From the NCBI GenBank assembly GCA_045803545.1, contig JBJMOW010000006.1, forward strand, positions 198,296 to 262,295: a DNA stretch of 64,000 bases. The letters run 5' to 3'. Source of the DNA: Gemmatimonadaceae bacterium. Its GTDB lineage: Bacteria; Gemmatimonadota; Gemmatimonadetes; Gemmatimonadales; Gemmatimonadaceae. Position numbers and translations under genes: made by a program. This document shows positions 8,811 to 16,796 of this stretch, piece after piece; the stretch's first letter is position 1, and every line of letters begins with the position of its first letter. A model generated the notes under the pieces. That model saw nothing but the letters and a program-made list of their open reading frames with translations. It ran no database searches and had not been told where the DNA came from.

Positions 8811-11320
8811 TACGCCCCCGCTCCAGCCGGGTACTCGGCGGACTCGTCGGAGCCGCGCTCGCGCCGGACAGTCTCGCCGATGCCAAGCGACGGCTGATCG
8901 TCCTCGAACGCATCCTCGTCGCCGACCCCTCCACCCACGACTGAGCTCCCAGTCTCAGGGTCGTAACGCACTGTAATCACACGGTCCATTCCTTCGCGCA
9001 CCGGCTCAATGTGTGTGATGAGAATGACCTGTTCGAAGCGATCGTGCAATCCACGCAGCAGCTCGACGACGTTGAAGCGCCTCGCCTCGTCGAGCGAGCC
9101 GAACACTTCATCCAGAATCAGCAGCGAGAAGCTCTGCCCCGCGCGCTCGGCGATCATCTGCGAAATCGCCAGTCGAAGTACGAGATTGGCGAGGTCCTCC
9201 TCACCGCCCGACAGGACTGGCTTCGGAATTCCGTCCTCGAGGATGACGATGTTGTACTGATCGTCGAGCTCGAGCTCGGTGTAGCGCGCGTCGGTCAGCT
9301 CGCTCAGAAATGCGCTGGCAAGCTCCGACAATTCGGGCCGCAACTGATAGTTGAGGTCGGTGCGGAGATCCGAGAATGCGCGATCGAGCTCATCGTGCAG
9401 TCTTCGATCAGCAACGAGCAGGTCGAGCTCGGCTGCGCGCTTCTTGAATTCCTCTGCGCGTTCCTGCGCGCCTGCCAGAGCCGCCACCGTGCTGACGACC
9501 TGCTCATGCGCGCGCGCAGCCGCAACCTTCGACTCCTGCAGCTCCGTCCGCAGCCGATCGTATTCGGTCTTCACGTGAGTGAATTCTTTCTCAGTGAAGG
9601 CGATTTGAGCGCGACGAGTGCGCAACGTGCCCAGCATCGACTGCACCCGCATGACTTCCTGCGCGATGTTGGACTGTTCGAGTTTCAGCTGCGGCTCTCT
9701 CTCGAGCATCGCCTGGAACCGCGTGACTTCGGCTTCCATCGGCGTCAGTCGATCGACCTCGGCCAGAACGTCGGCGTGTCGCGCCGCATCGTAACCGGCG
9801 GGGATCTTGGAGATGTCGCGCTCCATCTGCAGCTGGCGCTGCCGCTTCGCCGCGATGTCGCGGACGATGGTGCCAAGCTCCTGAACCGCGAGCTGCACCT
9901 TCGCCAGTTTCCGCTCGAGATTGCCGACGTCCTGGGTCAGGCCGCGACGCCTCTCGTCGAGCTGGTGCACGTCCTCCGGCATCTGCTCGAGCTGCTCCAC
10001 GCGCGCCTTATAATAATTTCCGTCGACGTGGACGTTCTCGATCATCTCGTCGAGGTGCTCGACGACGGTGTGCAGGCTGCCGCCCAGCGGCCGGGCGCAA
10101 GTCGGGCATTCGCCATTCTCGCCGACTGCGACCAGGCGATCGCGCTGTTGTTTTAGCTCGACGTACTGCTGTCGCAGCGACTCACGCTTGGTTTGCGCTT
10201 CCTGCCGGTCGCGCACCCACTCCGTGCGGCGCGCCTCGAGGACTCCCTGCGCGTCCTCGAGCTCTACCCGCTTCTTCTCGAGCTCGAGAGTCGCCTCCTC
10301 TTCGAGCGCGGGGGCGCGCTCGATGCGTGAATGGCGATCCTCGAGGCGAGCGATCTCCTCGCGTAACGCAGCTTCGCCTTCGAGCAGGGTCTTGCGACGC
10401 CCTTCTTCACGGTAAAGCGCGTTCAGCGCCTGCAGCTCGACGTTGAGTGCGTACAGCGGCTCGACCGCCACGGCCAGGGTGTCCACTTTGGTGCGCGCGG
10501 CCTTCACTCCTTCGAGCTCGTGTTCGATGCGCTCGGCGTCACGACGCAGCGCCGCTTCCTTTTCCTCGCCGACCGTGATTTGCGTCAGGAGCTGCGCCGA
10601 CTGTTCGCGCTGGCGCTGCATCATCTCCCAACGCGGCTCGATCGCCATGAACTCACGCTGCCGAACCGCACTGCGGTGCGCCGCATGCTGCGCGCGAGAC
10701 TCCGCTTCTTCCCTGCGCGCTGAGGCCTCGGCCAGATTTCGCAGCACAATCTCGGGATCTGGCATTCCCCGCTGCATCCCTTCGACCGCTGCCTTCAACC
10801 GATTCCGTTTCTCGCGAGTGAGGTCCTGGGCGATGCGCAGCTTCTCGTAACCCAGCACGCGCGACAGAAATTGCCCGCGACCGGCTGGCTTCATCGCCGC
10901 CATCACGTTCAGCTCTTTCTGCCCGGTGAAGTAGGTGTGATAGAACTCTGACAGCGACATGCCCAATCGCCGCTGCAGGAGGTCGTTAGTAGCGGTGATC
11001 GAATTCGCGATTGGCGACCCGGCCCCGTCGAGATACACCTCGGCGCTGGTGAGGCTGCGGACTATGCGATAGCGATGCGACCCCAGCTCGAACTCGAGCT
11101 CCACTTCCACAGGCGCGCGCGCACCGGCGCCGAGAAAGCGGATCGAGTCGCGATTGCCACGGATGGCGGCGTTTCCGTAGAGAGCCCACGCAATTGCTTC
11201 CAGAATCGTGGTCTTGCCGGCACCATTTGGTCCGATGATGCCGGTGAGACCGCTCTCGAAGGCGATCCTTGTCCGCGCGTGCTGACGAAAGTTGGTAAGA
11301 CTGAGTTTGTTCAGCCTCAC
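8810..11320 (-). CDS. sbcC: Rad50/SbcC SMC-like ATPase
   Basis: Walker A 'GPNGAGKTT', Q-loop 'FTGQKEL', coiled coils with central zinc hook 'CPTC', signature 'LSGGE', Walker B/D-loop 'LILDEVFGSLD', H-loop 'ITH'. Confidence 0.93.
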   Translation of the reverse strand: MRLNKLSLTNFRQHARTRIAFESGLTGIIGPNGAGKTTILEAIAWALYGNAAIRGNRDSIRFLGAGARAPVEVELEFELGSHRYRIVRSLTSAEVYLDGAGSPIANSITATNDLLQRRLGMSLSEFYHTYFTGQKELNVMAAMKPAGRGQFLSRVLGYEKLRIAQDLTREKRNRLKAAVEGMQRGMPDPEIVLRNLAEASARREEAESRAQHAAHRSAVRQREFMAIEPRWEMMQRQREQSAQLLTQITVGEEKEAALRRDAERIEHELEGVKAARTKVDTLAVAVEPLYALNVELQALNALYREEGRRKTLLEGEAALREEIARLEDRHSRIERAPALEEEATLELEKKRVELEDAQGVLEARRTEWVRDRQEAQTKRESLRQQYVELKQQRDRLVAVGENGECPTCARPLGGSLHTVVEHLDEMIENVHVDGNYYKARVEQLEQMPEDVHQLDERRRGLTQDVGNLERKLAKVQLAVQELGTIVRDIAAKRQRQLQMERDISKIPAGYDAARHADVLAEVDRLTPMEAEVTRFQAMLEREPQLKLEQSNIAQEVMRVQSMLGTLRTRRAQIAFTEKEFTHVKTEYDRLRTELQESKVAAARAHEQVVSTVAALAGAQERAEEFKKRAAELDLLVADRRLHDELDRAFSDLRTDLNYQLRPELSELASAFLSELTDARYTELELDDQYNIVILEDGIPKPVLSGGEEDLANLVLRLAISQMIAERAGQSFSLLILDEVFGSLDEARRFNVVELLRGLHDRFEQVILITHIEPVREGMDRVITVRYDPETGSSVVGGGVGDEDAFEDDQPSLGIGETVRRERGSDESAEYPAGAGA

Positions 11321-12507
11321 GCCGTTGCTTCCTCGACGGCCGGTCCTGCTACCAGGTCCGCCTCGCGGAGGTAGTGCAGCCCGAGCTCGACGAGCGCTTC
11401 GCGATCGATGTTCTCGGTGATCGGACGTGCACGGAGTTTGTCGCGCACGGTATCGGCGAGTGAAGCGCGACGTCCGGGACCGACGTTCTGCCGATCGGGA
11501 CGCACGATTTCCGGACGACGAGTGTCGAGATGAAAGTGGAGGGCATTACGCTTGTATTCGCGCAGGGCCCGATGATCCAGCTCTCGAAGGATGTGACGCG
11601 GTACGTCGCTTACGACCAGACGGACGATCTTGTCTTTGTAACCGCCTTCGCAGCCATCTAAAGCTTCGCGAATTGCCTCGTCGAGCGACGCGGGCGAAAG
11701 TCCGGCCCCAGATATCGGCATCAGATCGACCCAGCGGCGTGCCGGCAAAATCGGATGGAATTTGTGAACACGGTTCGCGAGGTCGTGCTCGATTATTCCC
11801 TTTCCCTCCAGGCGATTCTCGCGCTCCTCGGCAAGCTCGCCCCACGGATTGGTGCTCGTGTAGTCGATCGAGCCCGGGTAAAAAGCGTTGTCGGCGACTG
11901 GGCGATAGACGTGATAATGACCGAGGGCGACATAGTCCCAGCGATGCGGACCGAGAGTCTCGATGCTGATTTCCATCGGCGCCCGATCGAGCTCGCGTCC
12001 GTACTTGGGTAGCACGCCTTCTATCTCACCATGCAGCAGCAGGATGTTGTATTTCGCCGATGGATCGGGTTCGAGTCGGGGACTTCCCTGTCCCATGTCG
12101 GGGACCGCCAATATTGCCAGATCGTGCTCGGCAACGCGTACCCACTTTGGCTCGCCCTCAACCACAGTTATGCCGAGCTGGCGAAAAAGACCGAGGATGC
12201 AGCCAGTTTCGCTGGTGCGAGGAGTGTCGTGATTGCCGGCGACGATCACGATTTCGCTAAGCGGCAGCGCGCGCTTTAGGCGCTCGAACTGCATAAACGC
12301 GGTGAGAATCGCGGGATTGGTCGGCCGCACTGTGTGAAAAACGTCGCCCGCCACCAACACCAGCTCCGGGCTCAGCTCGATTACTCGATCGATGACCGCC
12401 CGAAATGACTGCGCGACATCGACCTCGCGCTGATTGATACCGATGGAGGCCTGTCGCTGATACTGTCTGAAACCGAGATGTATGTCTGCGAGATGTACGA
12501 GTCTCAT
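11317..12507 (-). CDS. sbcD: Mre11/SbcD metallophosphoesterase nuclease
   Basis: All five motifs: 'HLADIHLG','AGDVFH','AGNHD','LLHG','ALGHYH'; ATG 12507 overlaps the upstream stop (ATGA) and its stop overlaps the Rad50 GTG. Confidence 0.92.
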   Translation of the reverse strand: MRLVHLADIHLGFRQYQRQASIGINQREVDVAQSFRAVIDRVIELSPELVLVAGDVFHTVRPTNPAILTAFMQFERLKRALPLSEIVIVAGNHDTPRTSETGCILGLFRQLGITVVEGEPKWVRVAEHDLAILAVPDMGQGSPRLEPDPSAKYNILLLHGEIEGVLPKYGRELDRAPMEISIETLGPHRWDYVALGHYHVYRPVADNAFYPGSIDYTSTNPWGELAEERENRLEGKGIIEHDLANRVHKFHPILPARRWVDLMPISGAGLSPASLDEAIREALDGCEGGYKDKIVRLVVSDVPRHILRELDHRALREYKRNALHFHLDTRRPEIVRPDRQNVGPGRRASLADTVRDKLRARPITENIDREALVELGLHYLREADLVAGPAVEEATA

Positions 12508-13451
12508 CGTGCGCGCATTGCCCTTATCCACTGCGTGATCTTTGTCCGCACCTGCATCGGCGCGATCTGCGCGTCTCCTTTGCGAGCGGGAGTTTGCGCG
12601 ATCGTCGAACGTACGATGATGCTGCTCCTTGAATCGGTTATCCAGCCGAGTCTTCGATCGATCTGAATCGTGCCGGCCAGTGTGCCTGAGGTCATGTAGC
12701 CCCTTCCATTCGGTTGAGCTTGACCACTTGCAGCATTCGCGCGGGACATGGTTCCGTGCATGGAAATGTAGGCGATGTCGCCGTTTCTCCCCAGAGAATC
12801 CAGACGAAAAGTGGCCTTGACTTCTCCGACAGTTCCGGGATCGCCGCTCAACGGGATTTGCATCTCTCGTGTCCATTTTTCGCCGACGGCCACGGCCTGG
12901 CGTGCAAGCATCGCCGGCATCTCGCCGAAGATGTGCCTGAGCTCACTGTTGGCATCGGCATCGTCGACGATTTCCATTGCGCCGTCGGTCGAGACGCGCA
13001 GCCAGACCGGACGCGCTTGCATTGAGCGGCGGCGCAGATCCTCCAGGGATGCCGGTGACGCTGGCGTCATCTTCACCGAATCCGTGATCGCCTGCATCAG
13101 CGTCCCGCTCGACGTGAGCTGGCTGGGAACTGCACGGGTGAACACCTCGATCGACGTAGTCATCGTCGTCGTCGAATCGGAACCGCGGCTCCTGTTGGTT
13201 CCCGTCATCTCGACGGTTTGAGAGAGATGCATTCTCAAGGTGTCGCCGATGTGCGGGCGAATCTGGAGGAGTACTGATTGGCCGAGTGCGATGGGGGCGC
13301 TCAGGACGAGCGCAAGCAACAAAGTGGGAAGCGGGAAGCGGGAAGCGGGAAGCGGAATCCGAGCTGGACCAACCTGATTACTGTAAGGCTTGACGGTCGC
13401 GCTTCCCGCCTCCCGCCTCCCGCCTCCCGCCTTAGAACCCGTACGGATCAT
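12504..13451 (-). CDS. Hypothetical exported, beta-rich protein (DUF6263-like; start uncertain, TTG 13322 possible)
   Basis: Hydrophobic 'LLLALVLSAPIALG-Q' signal-like segment, then 'VLLQIRPHIGDTLRM', 'VAVGEKWTRE', 'GTIQIDRRLGWITDSR'; stop coupled to the Mre11 start. Confidence 0.65.
   Translation of the reverse strand: MIRTGSKAGGGRREAGSATVKPYSNQVGPARIPLPASRFPLPTLLLALVLSAPIALGQSVLLQIRPHIGDTLRMHLSQTVEMTGTNRSRGSDSTTTMTTSIEVFTRAVPSQLTSSGTLMQAITDSVKMTPASPASLEDLRRRSMQARPVWLRVSTDGAMEIVDDADANSELRHIFGEMPAMLARQAVAVGEKWTREMQIPLSGDPGTVGEVKATFRLDSLGRNGDIAYISMHGTMSRANAASGQAQPNGRGYMTSGTLAGTIQIDRRLGWITDSRSSIIVRSTIAQTPARKGDAQIAPMQVRTKITQWIRAMRAR
13326..13431. repeat. Inverted pair of heptamer tandem repeats (GGGAAGC)4 / GCTTCCC(GCCTCCC)3
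   Basis: Arms at 13326-13353 and 13401-13428 with a 47-nt spacer, directly after the herA stop. Confidence 0.9.
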
Positions 13452-15381
13452 CGTCGGGCGCCGATTTGATGCTCGCTGCCATCGGTCGCACCGGAGATTG
13501 AGCGGATACGATCCTCTTGAATTGCGATGCGAAGTACGCTTTCGCGTTCTCCGGCCGCGCGATCAGTGTCGCGTTGCGTGCTTTGATCACTTCGTCATCG
13601 GTATATAGCGCGGTGATCTCCTGCACCCAGGGCAGGGTGATCGATGGATCCAGCGGCCGCAGCGAACGGAGCACCGCCACATCGACCGAGACATCGGCTG
13701 CCTGCGGATATTTCTCGGCACCTTCGCGTCCCTGCATCACCGCCGGTCTCGGGAACCGGACGAAGATTGGCTGAGTGAAATGTGGATGTCGAATCATCAA
13801 CTGCCCCTTCTCCAGCGTGGCCAGCTTGGTCTTCGTCGCGGGACTCAGCACGGCGTAACCGGGCGTCGAGAGCTCGTCGGCGTCCATCCGGCCGAACAAT
13901 GCAGTTCCCGAATTGCCAACGACGCGCCGATGCACCTGAGACCGGAACTGCTGCGCGCTGAACAGCACGAGACCGAGATAGCGGCCACGTTCTGCGATGT
14001 CGAGCAGCATCTTCCTGACGTAGGTGTCGGGACCATCGCCCGGCGCGTACTTGTTGAGCTCATCGACGAAGACGACGAGATGTTTGACGCCGAGGTCCCT
14101 GCGCTCGAGGTGCTCACGAAGCTTGGAGACGATGCGAGCGAAGATGAGATCCTGCGCATCCTCTTCCAGGTTGGCGACATCGACTACGTACACCGCGCGA
14201 TCTGCAAAGCTCCCGAACGGGAGATCACTTACAGCTCCAGTGTCAGTAACCAGTCCGGCGCAGCGTGTCGAGATGTTGGAAAGACGATTCCGGACTTTTC
14301 GAATGGTTGCGACGTGATGCGTACGCCAGCTCTCGCCGTCTTTTTTCTCCATTCCCTGGAGAAGATCGCGGAACCAGCCGTCGAGGTCGGCAAATGACTG
14401 CACGCGGTGCTTTTTGCTCAGCACGCCATCGGGAATCATCTCCCTGTCGACGACGTTCTCCTTGATGAAATCGATCAGCGCGTCTGCCTTGGCGTCGATG
14501 TCATCCTTGTTGAGCAGTACTTCGGCGAACTGTAGCACTTCGCGGAGGCCCCACGTCAGCGGCTTGACGTTGTCCAGCAGCGCTTCGTTGTTGCGGAAGG
14601 TGTTCAGCGAGATGCCCTTCGCAGTATAGGGAGCGAAGTACTGAACCTGAGAAAAAGGCTTCGGATCGACGCCCATTTTTTCGTAAAGCTTCTCGTCGGT
14701 GTCTTCGACTCTGCCGGGCTTGTCGAGGTAGCACAGGTCGGGGCCTTTGACGTTGAATGCAACGGCGGCAATCGATCCCTTTTCGTGCGGGAAGTGAGTG
14801 AACATTGAAGAGAGCAGCCACTCCACCGCGCTCGTTTTGGTGGCGAGCCCGGACATGCCGGTGATGTTTAGATGCGCTGCCTCGGGGCCGAGCAGAAAAT
14901 CCGCGTCGAGATAGATCACCGCATCGGTGCCTCCCGCGCGATACACGCCCACCGGAATTCCAGTGTTCGCGCCTTCGCGCAGATAGCCGTCCATGCGCAG
15001 CGCGACCTGCACGTCCTGCTCTTCCGCGAGAAAGACTTCGCCCATCGGCACCGGCTGCAGCGGCTCCTCCGGGATCTGGCGCAAGACCGCCGCGGTGTAG
15101 AGCCGGATTTCGGCGCGTTCAGTCGCGGCGAAGCTCGCCGCCGACGGTGATCCGTCATGGCCGAGGACATCGTGCATCGGCGACTGCAGATCGGTGTAGC
15201 TGAACCCCTCGACCACGATTCCGTAGATGTGTGGGATCTGGGCAGCGATCGGTTGCGCGCCATCGACGCGCACGATAGTACCAATGCCGACCGGCGAATC
15301 GATTGCCGTCCAGAAATGAAATTCGTGCGGAGTATTCGGCTTCCGCTCCGTTGCTACGACCCGGCCTAGTGCTTCACTCAT
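13432..15381 (-). CDS. herA: HerA-family (FtsK/HerA) ATPase/DNA translocase with N-terminal HAS barrel
   Basis: HAS-barrel-like 'LGRVVAT...FHFW...YGIVVE', variant Walker A 'HLNITGMSGLATKTS', 'AFNVKGPD', Walker B 'VFVDELNKYAP', 'AERGRYLGLVLFSAQQ'; ATGA overlap with the nurA stop. Confidence 0.85.
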   Translation of the reverse strand: MSEALGRVVATERKPNTPHEFHFWTAIDSPVGIGTIVRVDGAQPIAAQIPHIYGIVVEGFSYTDLQSPMHDVLGHDGSPSAASFAATERAEIRLYTAAVLRQIPEEPLQPVPMGEVFLAEEQDVQVALRMDGYLREGANTGIPVGVYRAGGTDAVIYLDADFLLGPEAAHLNITGMSGLATKTSAVEWLLSSMFTHFPHEKGSIAAVAFNVKGPDLCYLDKPGRVEDTDEKLYEKMGVDPKPFSQVQYFAPYTAKGISLNTFRNNEALLDNVKPLTWGLREVLQFAEVLLNKDDIDAKADALIDFIKENVVDREMIPDGVLSKKHRVQSFADLDGWFRDLLQGMEKKDGESWRTHHVATIRKVRNRLSNISTRCAGLVTDTGAVSDLPFGSFADRAVYVVDVANLEEDAQDLIFARIVSKLREHLERRDLGVKHLVVFVDELNKYAPGDGPDTYVRKMLLDIAERGRYLGLVLFSAQQFRSQVHRRVVGNSGTALFGRMDADELSTPGYAVLSPATKTKLATLEKGQLMIRHPHFTQPIFVRFPRPAVMQGREGAEKYPQAADVSVDVAVLRSLRPLDPSITLPWVQEITALYTDDEVIKARNATLIARPENAKAYFASQFKRIVSAQSPVRPMAASIKSAPDDDPYGF

Positions 15382-16373
15382 GAAATTGCCCGCAGAAATT
15401 CTTCGCAGTCTCGCACACCGTATGACATCTTGTCCCATCGGCCGTCCGGAAGAGCGAGTGGAGTCTTCTCGGCGAGAATCCAGCGAGAGATCTCATCTGC
15501 GCGATCTGCTGGATTGGCGCACTCTGACATCTCGACGCGCACCAGTCCCCACAACGGATCGTGTCCATCTGCGCTCCGCTGCCTGAGATACCAACTGAAC
15601 ACCGAGTTGCGCCTTCGCGGAGAGACCTGGAATACGGAGGAGCGCTCGTTGACGGCGAGACTCAGAACGACTTTGAGCGCTTCGTCCTCCACATAGAGCG
15701 TTCGATGGCTCTTGATCACGCCGACAGCGCAGCCCGATGACGCAACGACAGCACTGCGATTGATGCCACCGTCGACAAATAGCGGTGCTTCGTCTCGCAC
15801 GCACCATGCTTCAGCGATCTGATCTTCCAGCAGCTCTCGCTGTTGATCGACGGCGCGGATTGCGCGATCGAGCAGCACCTGCGGGTGTGGACTCGGGTAG
15901 TCTCCGTTCGCGTCAGCCTTCGACGTATCGACAACCGTGAGCCCGCTTTCGCCCAGGGGTAGTTCGGCCAGTGGCGGCAAATATTTGAGAGGCAGATAGA
16001 GCTTGAACTCGACTCTCGGCGGTTGATGCCCCCACGTGGTGAGCCGGCGATTTACGCGCACCCGCACAACTGCCGACGTGATTCCCAGCACCAGCGGCAC
16101 ACCTTCGTGACGCGCGATCAGGCGAACCTTTTGCGCGCCGTCGAGGAACGCACCGAACCCGGACTGCACGTCGCGGGATACGCCGGGAACCCTCCTCGCT
16201 CGCATCAGACTGCCTTCGACGATCTGCGCCGACCGCAGCTGAGGCTGATCGAGAGACCCGGGCGAATCGACCTCGACGCTGGTGCTGATCTCAGTGATAC
16301 CGGGCAGTCGCTGCATCAGCAGCTTGAGCGCGGCCCGGCTGGCGTGGTCCGGACCGGAATTGATCAACTGCAA
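15378..16373 (-). CDS. nurA: NurA-family (RNase H-fold) nuclease
   Basis: Acidic motifs 'AFLDGAQ' and 'LFVDGGI', 'VGVIKSH', 'SWYLR', 'GLVRVE', C-terminal 'DGRWDKMSYGVRDCEEFL'; coupled to herA; start TTG 16373 (16367 or 16409 possible). Confidence 0.75.
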   Translation of the reverse strand: MQLINSGPDHASRAALKLLMQRLPGITEISTSVEVDSPGSLDQPQLRSAQIVEGSLMRARRVPGVSRDVQSGFGAFLDGAQKVRLIARHEGVPLVLGITSAVVRVRVNRRLTTWGHQPPRVEFKLYLPLKYLPPLAELPLGESGLTVVDTSKADANGDYPSPHPQVLLDRAIRAVDQQRELLEDQIAEAWCVRDEAPLFVDGGINRSAVVASSGCAVGVIKSHRTLYVEDEALKVVLSLAVNERSSVFQVSPRRRNSVFSWYLRQRSADGHDPLWGLVRVEMSECANPADRADEISRWILAEKTPLALPDGRWDKMSYGVRDCEEFLRAIS

Positions 16374-16377
16374 CCGC

Positions 16378-16656
16378 CTACTCCAGCCCGATGTCCCACG
16401 CCTGCTCAAGGTCCTTCTTTGAGTAGGCGCGAAATGCCGTGAGGGTGTGGGTGGACCTGATTCCAGGAACGACGGTGACTTCCTCGGTCACGATGCGCGC
16501 AATCGCCTCGTGCTCGGCGACTTCGAGCATGGCCACAAGGTCCCATTCGCCTGAAACGGAAAAGACCTGGGAAATGCCCTCGATGCCCGCCAACCGTGTC
16601 GCGGCCTGGGCGATTCTTTGGGGCTCTGCTTTGATGAGAACGATCGCAGTAATCAA
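16378..16656 (-). CDS. Stand-alone Lrp/AsnC ligand-binding (RAM) domain protein
   Basis: 'ITAIVLIKAEP...LAGIEGISQVFSVSGEWDLVA...VPGIRSTHTLTAF'; no HTH; GGAG before TTG 16656. Confidence 0.85.
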   Translation of the reverse strand: MITAIVLIKAEPQRIAQAATRLAGIEGISQVFSVSGEWDLVAMLEVAEHEAIARIVTEEVTVVPGIRSTHTLTAFRAYSKKDLEQAWDIGLE

Positions 16657-16739
16657 GTACGCTCCGGGCCGCCAGCCGTTCGCTGTCGGCTGCCTTTCAG
16701 TATCTTTGGTGAGCGATTTGCCGCGCATCTGGCGGCGGG

Positions 16740-16754
16740 TGATATAACGATATC
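16740..16754. promoter_or_regulatory. AT-rich palindrome GATAT-N4-ATATC overlapping candidate -10 elements
   Basis: Lies in the 140-bp divergent gap; TGaTATAAC on + and TATCGT on -. Confidence 0.35.
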
Positions 16755-16796
16755 GGCGCGGCGGACGCTCCGCCACGTTTTGAAATAGAGGTTGAG

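Noticed and set aside
9011..10156. 381-aa + strand ORF opposite rad50 (likewise 16653-17753, 21979-23145, 32875-34275, 48211-49248, 57622-58914, 60015-61160)
   Set aside because: Antisense shadow frames typical of GC-rich coding DNA; no recognisable motifs and fully overlapping well-supported genes
12508..12876. 123-aa N-terminal extension of Mre11 in the ORF track
   Set aside because: Overlaps gene X in another frame; motif I starts right after ATG 12507, which has an ATGA coupling
8810..16373. Reading the SMC/HerA/nuclease cluster as an anti-phage island (Wadjet, Lamassu, Sir2-HerA)
   Set aside because: The SMC has a Rad50 zinc hook and a cognate Mre11; there are no kleisin, Toprim or Sir2 partners, no mobile genes, and no evident compositional shift. 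A defence role is not excluded but is unsupported
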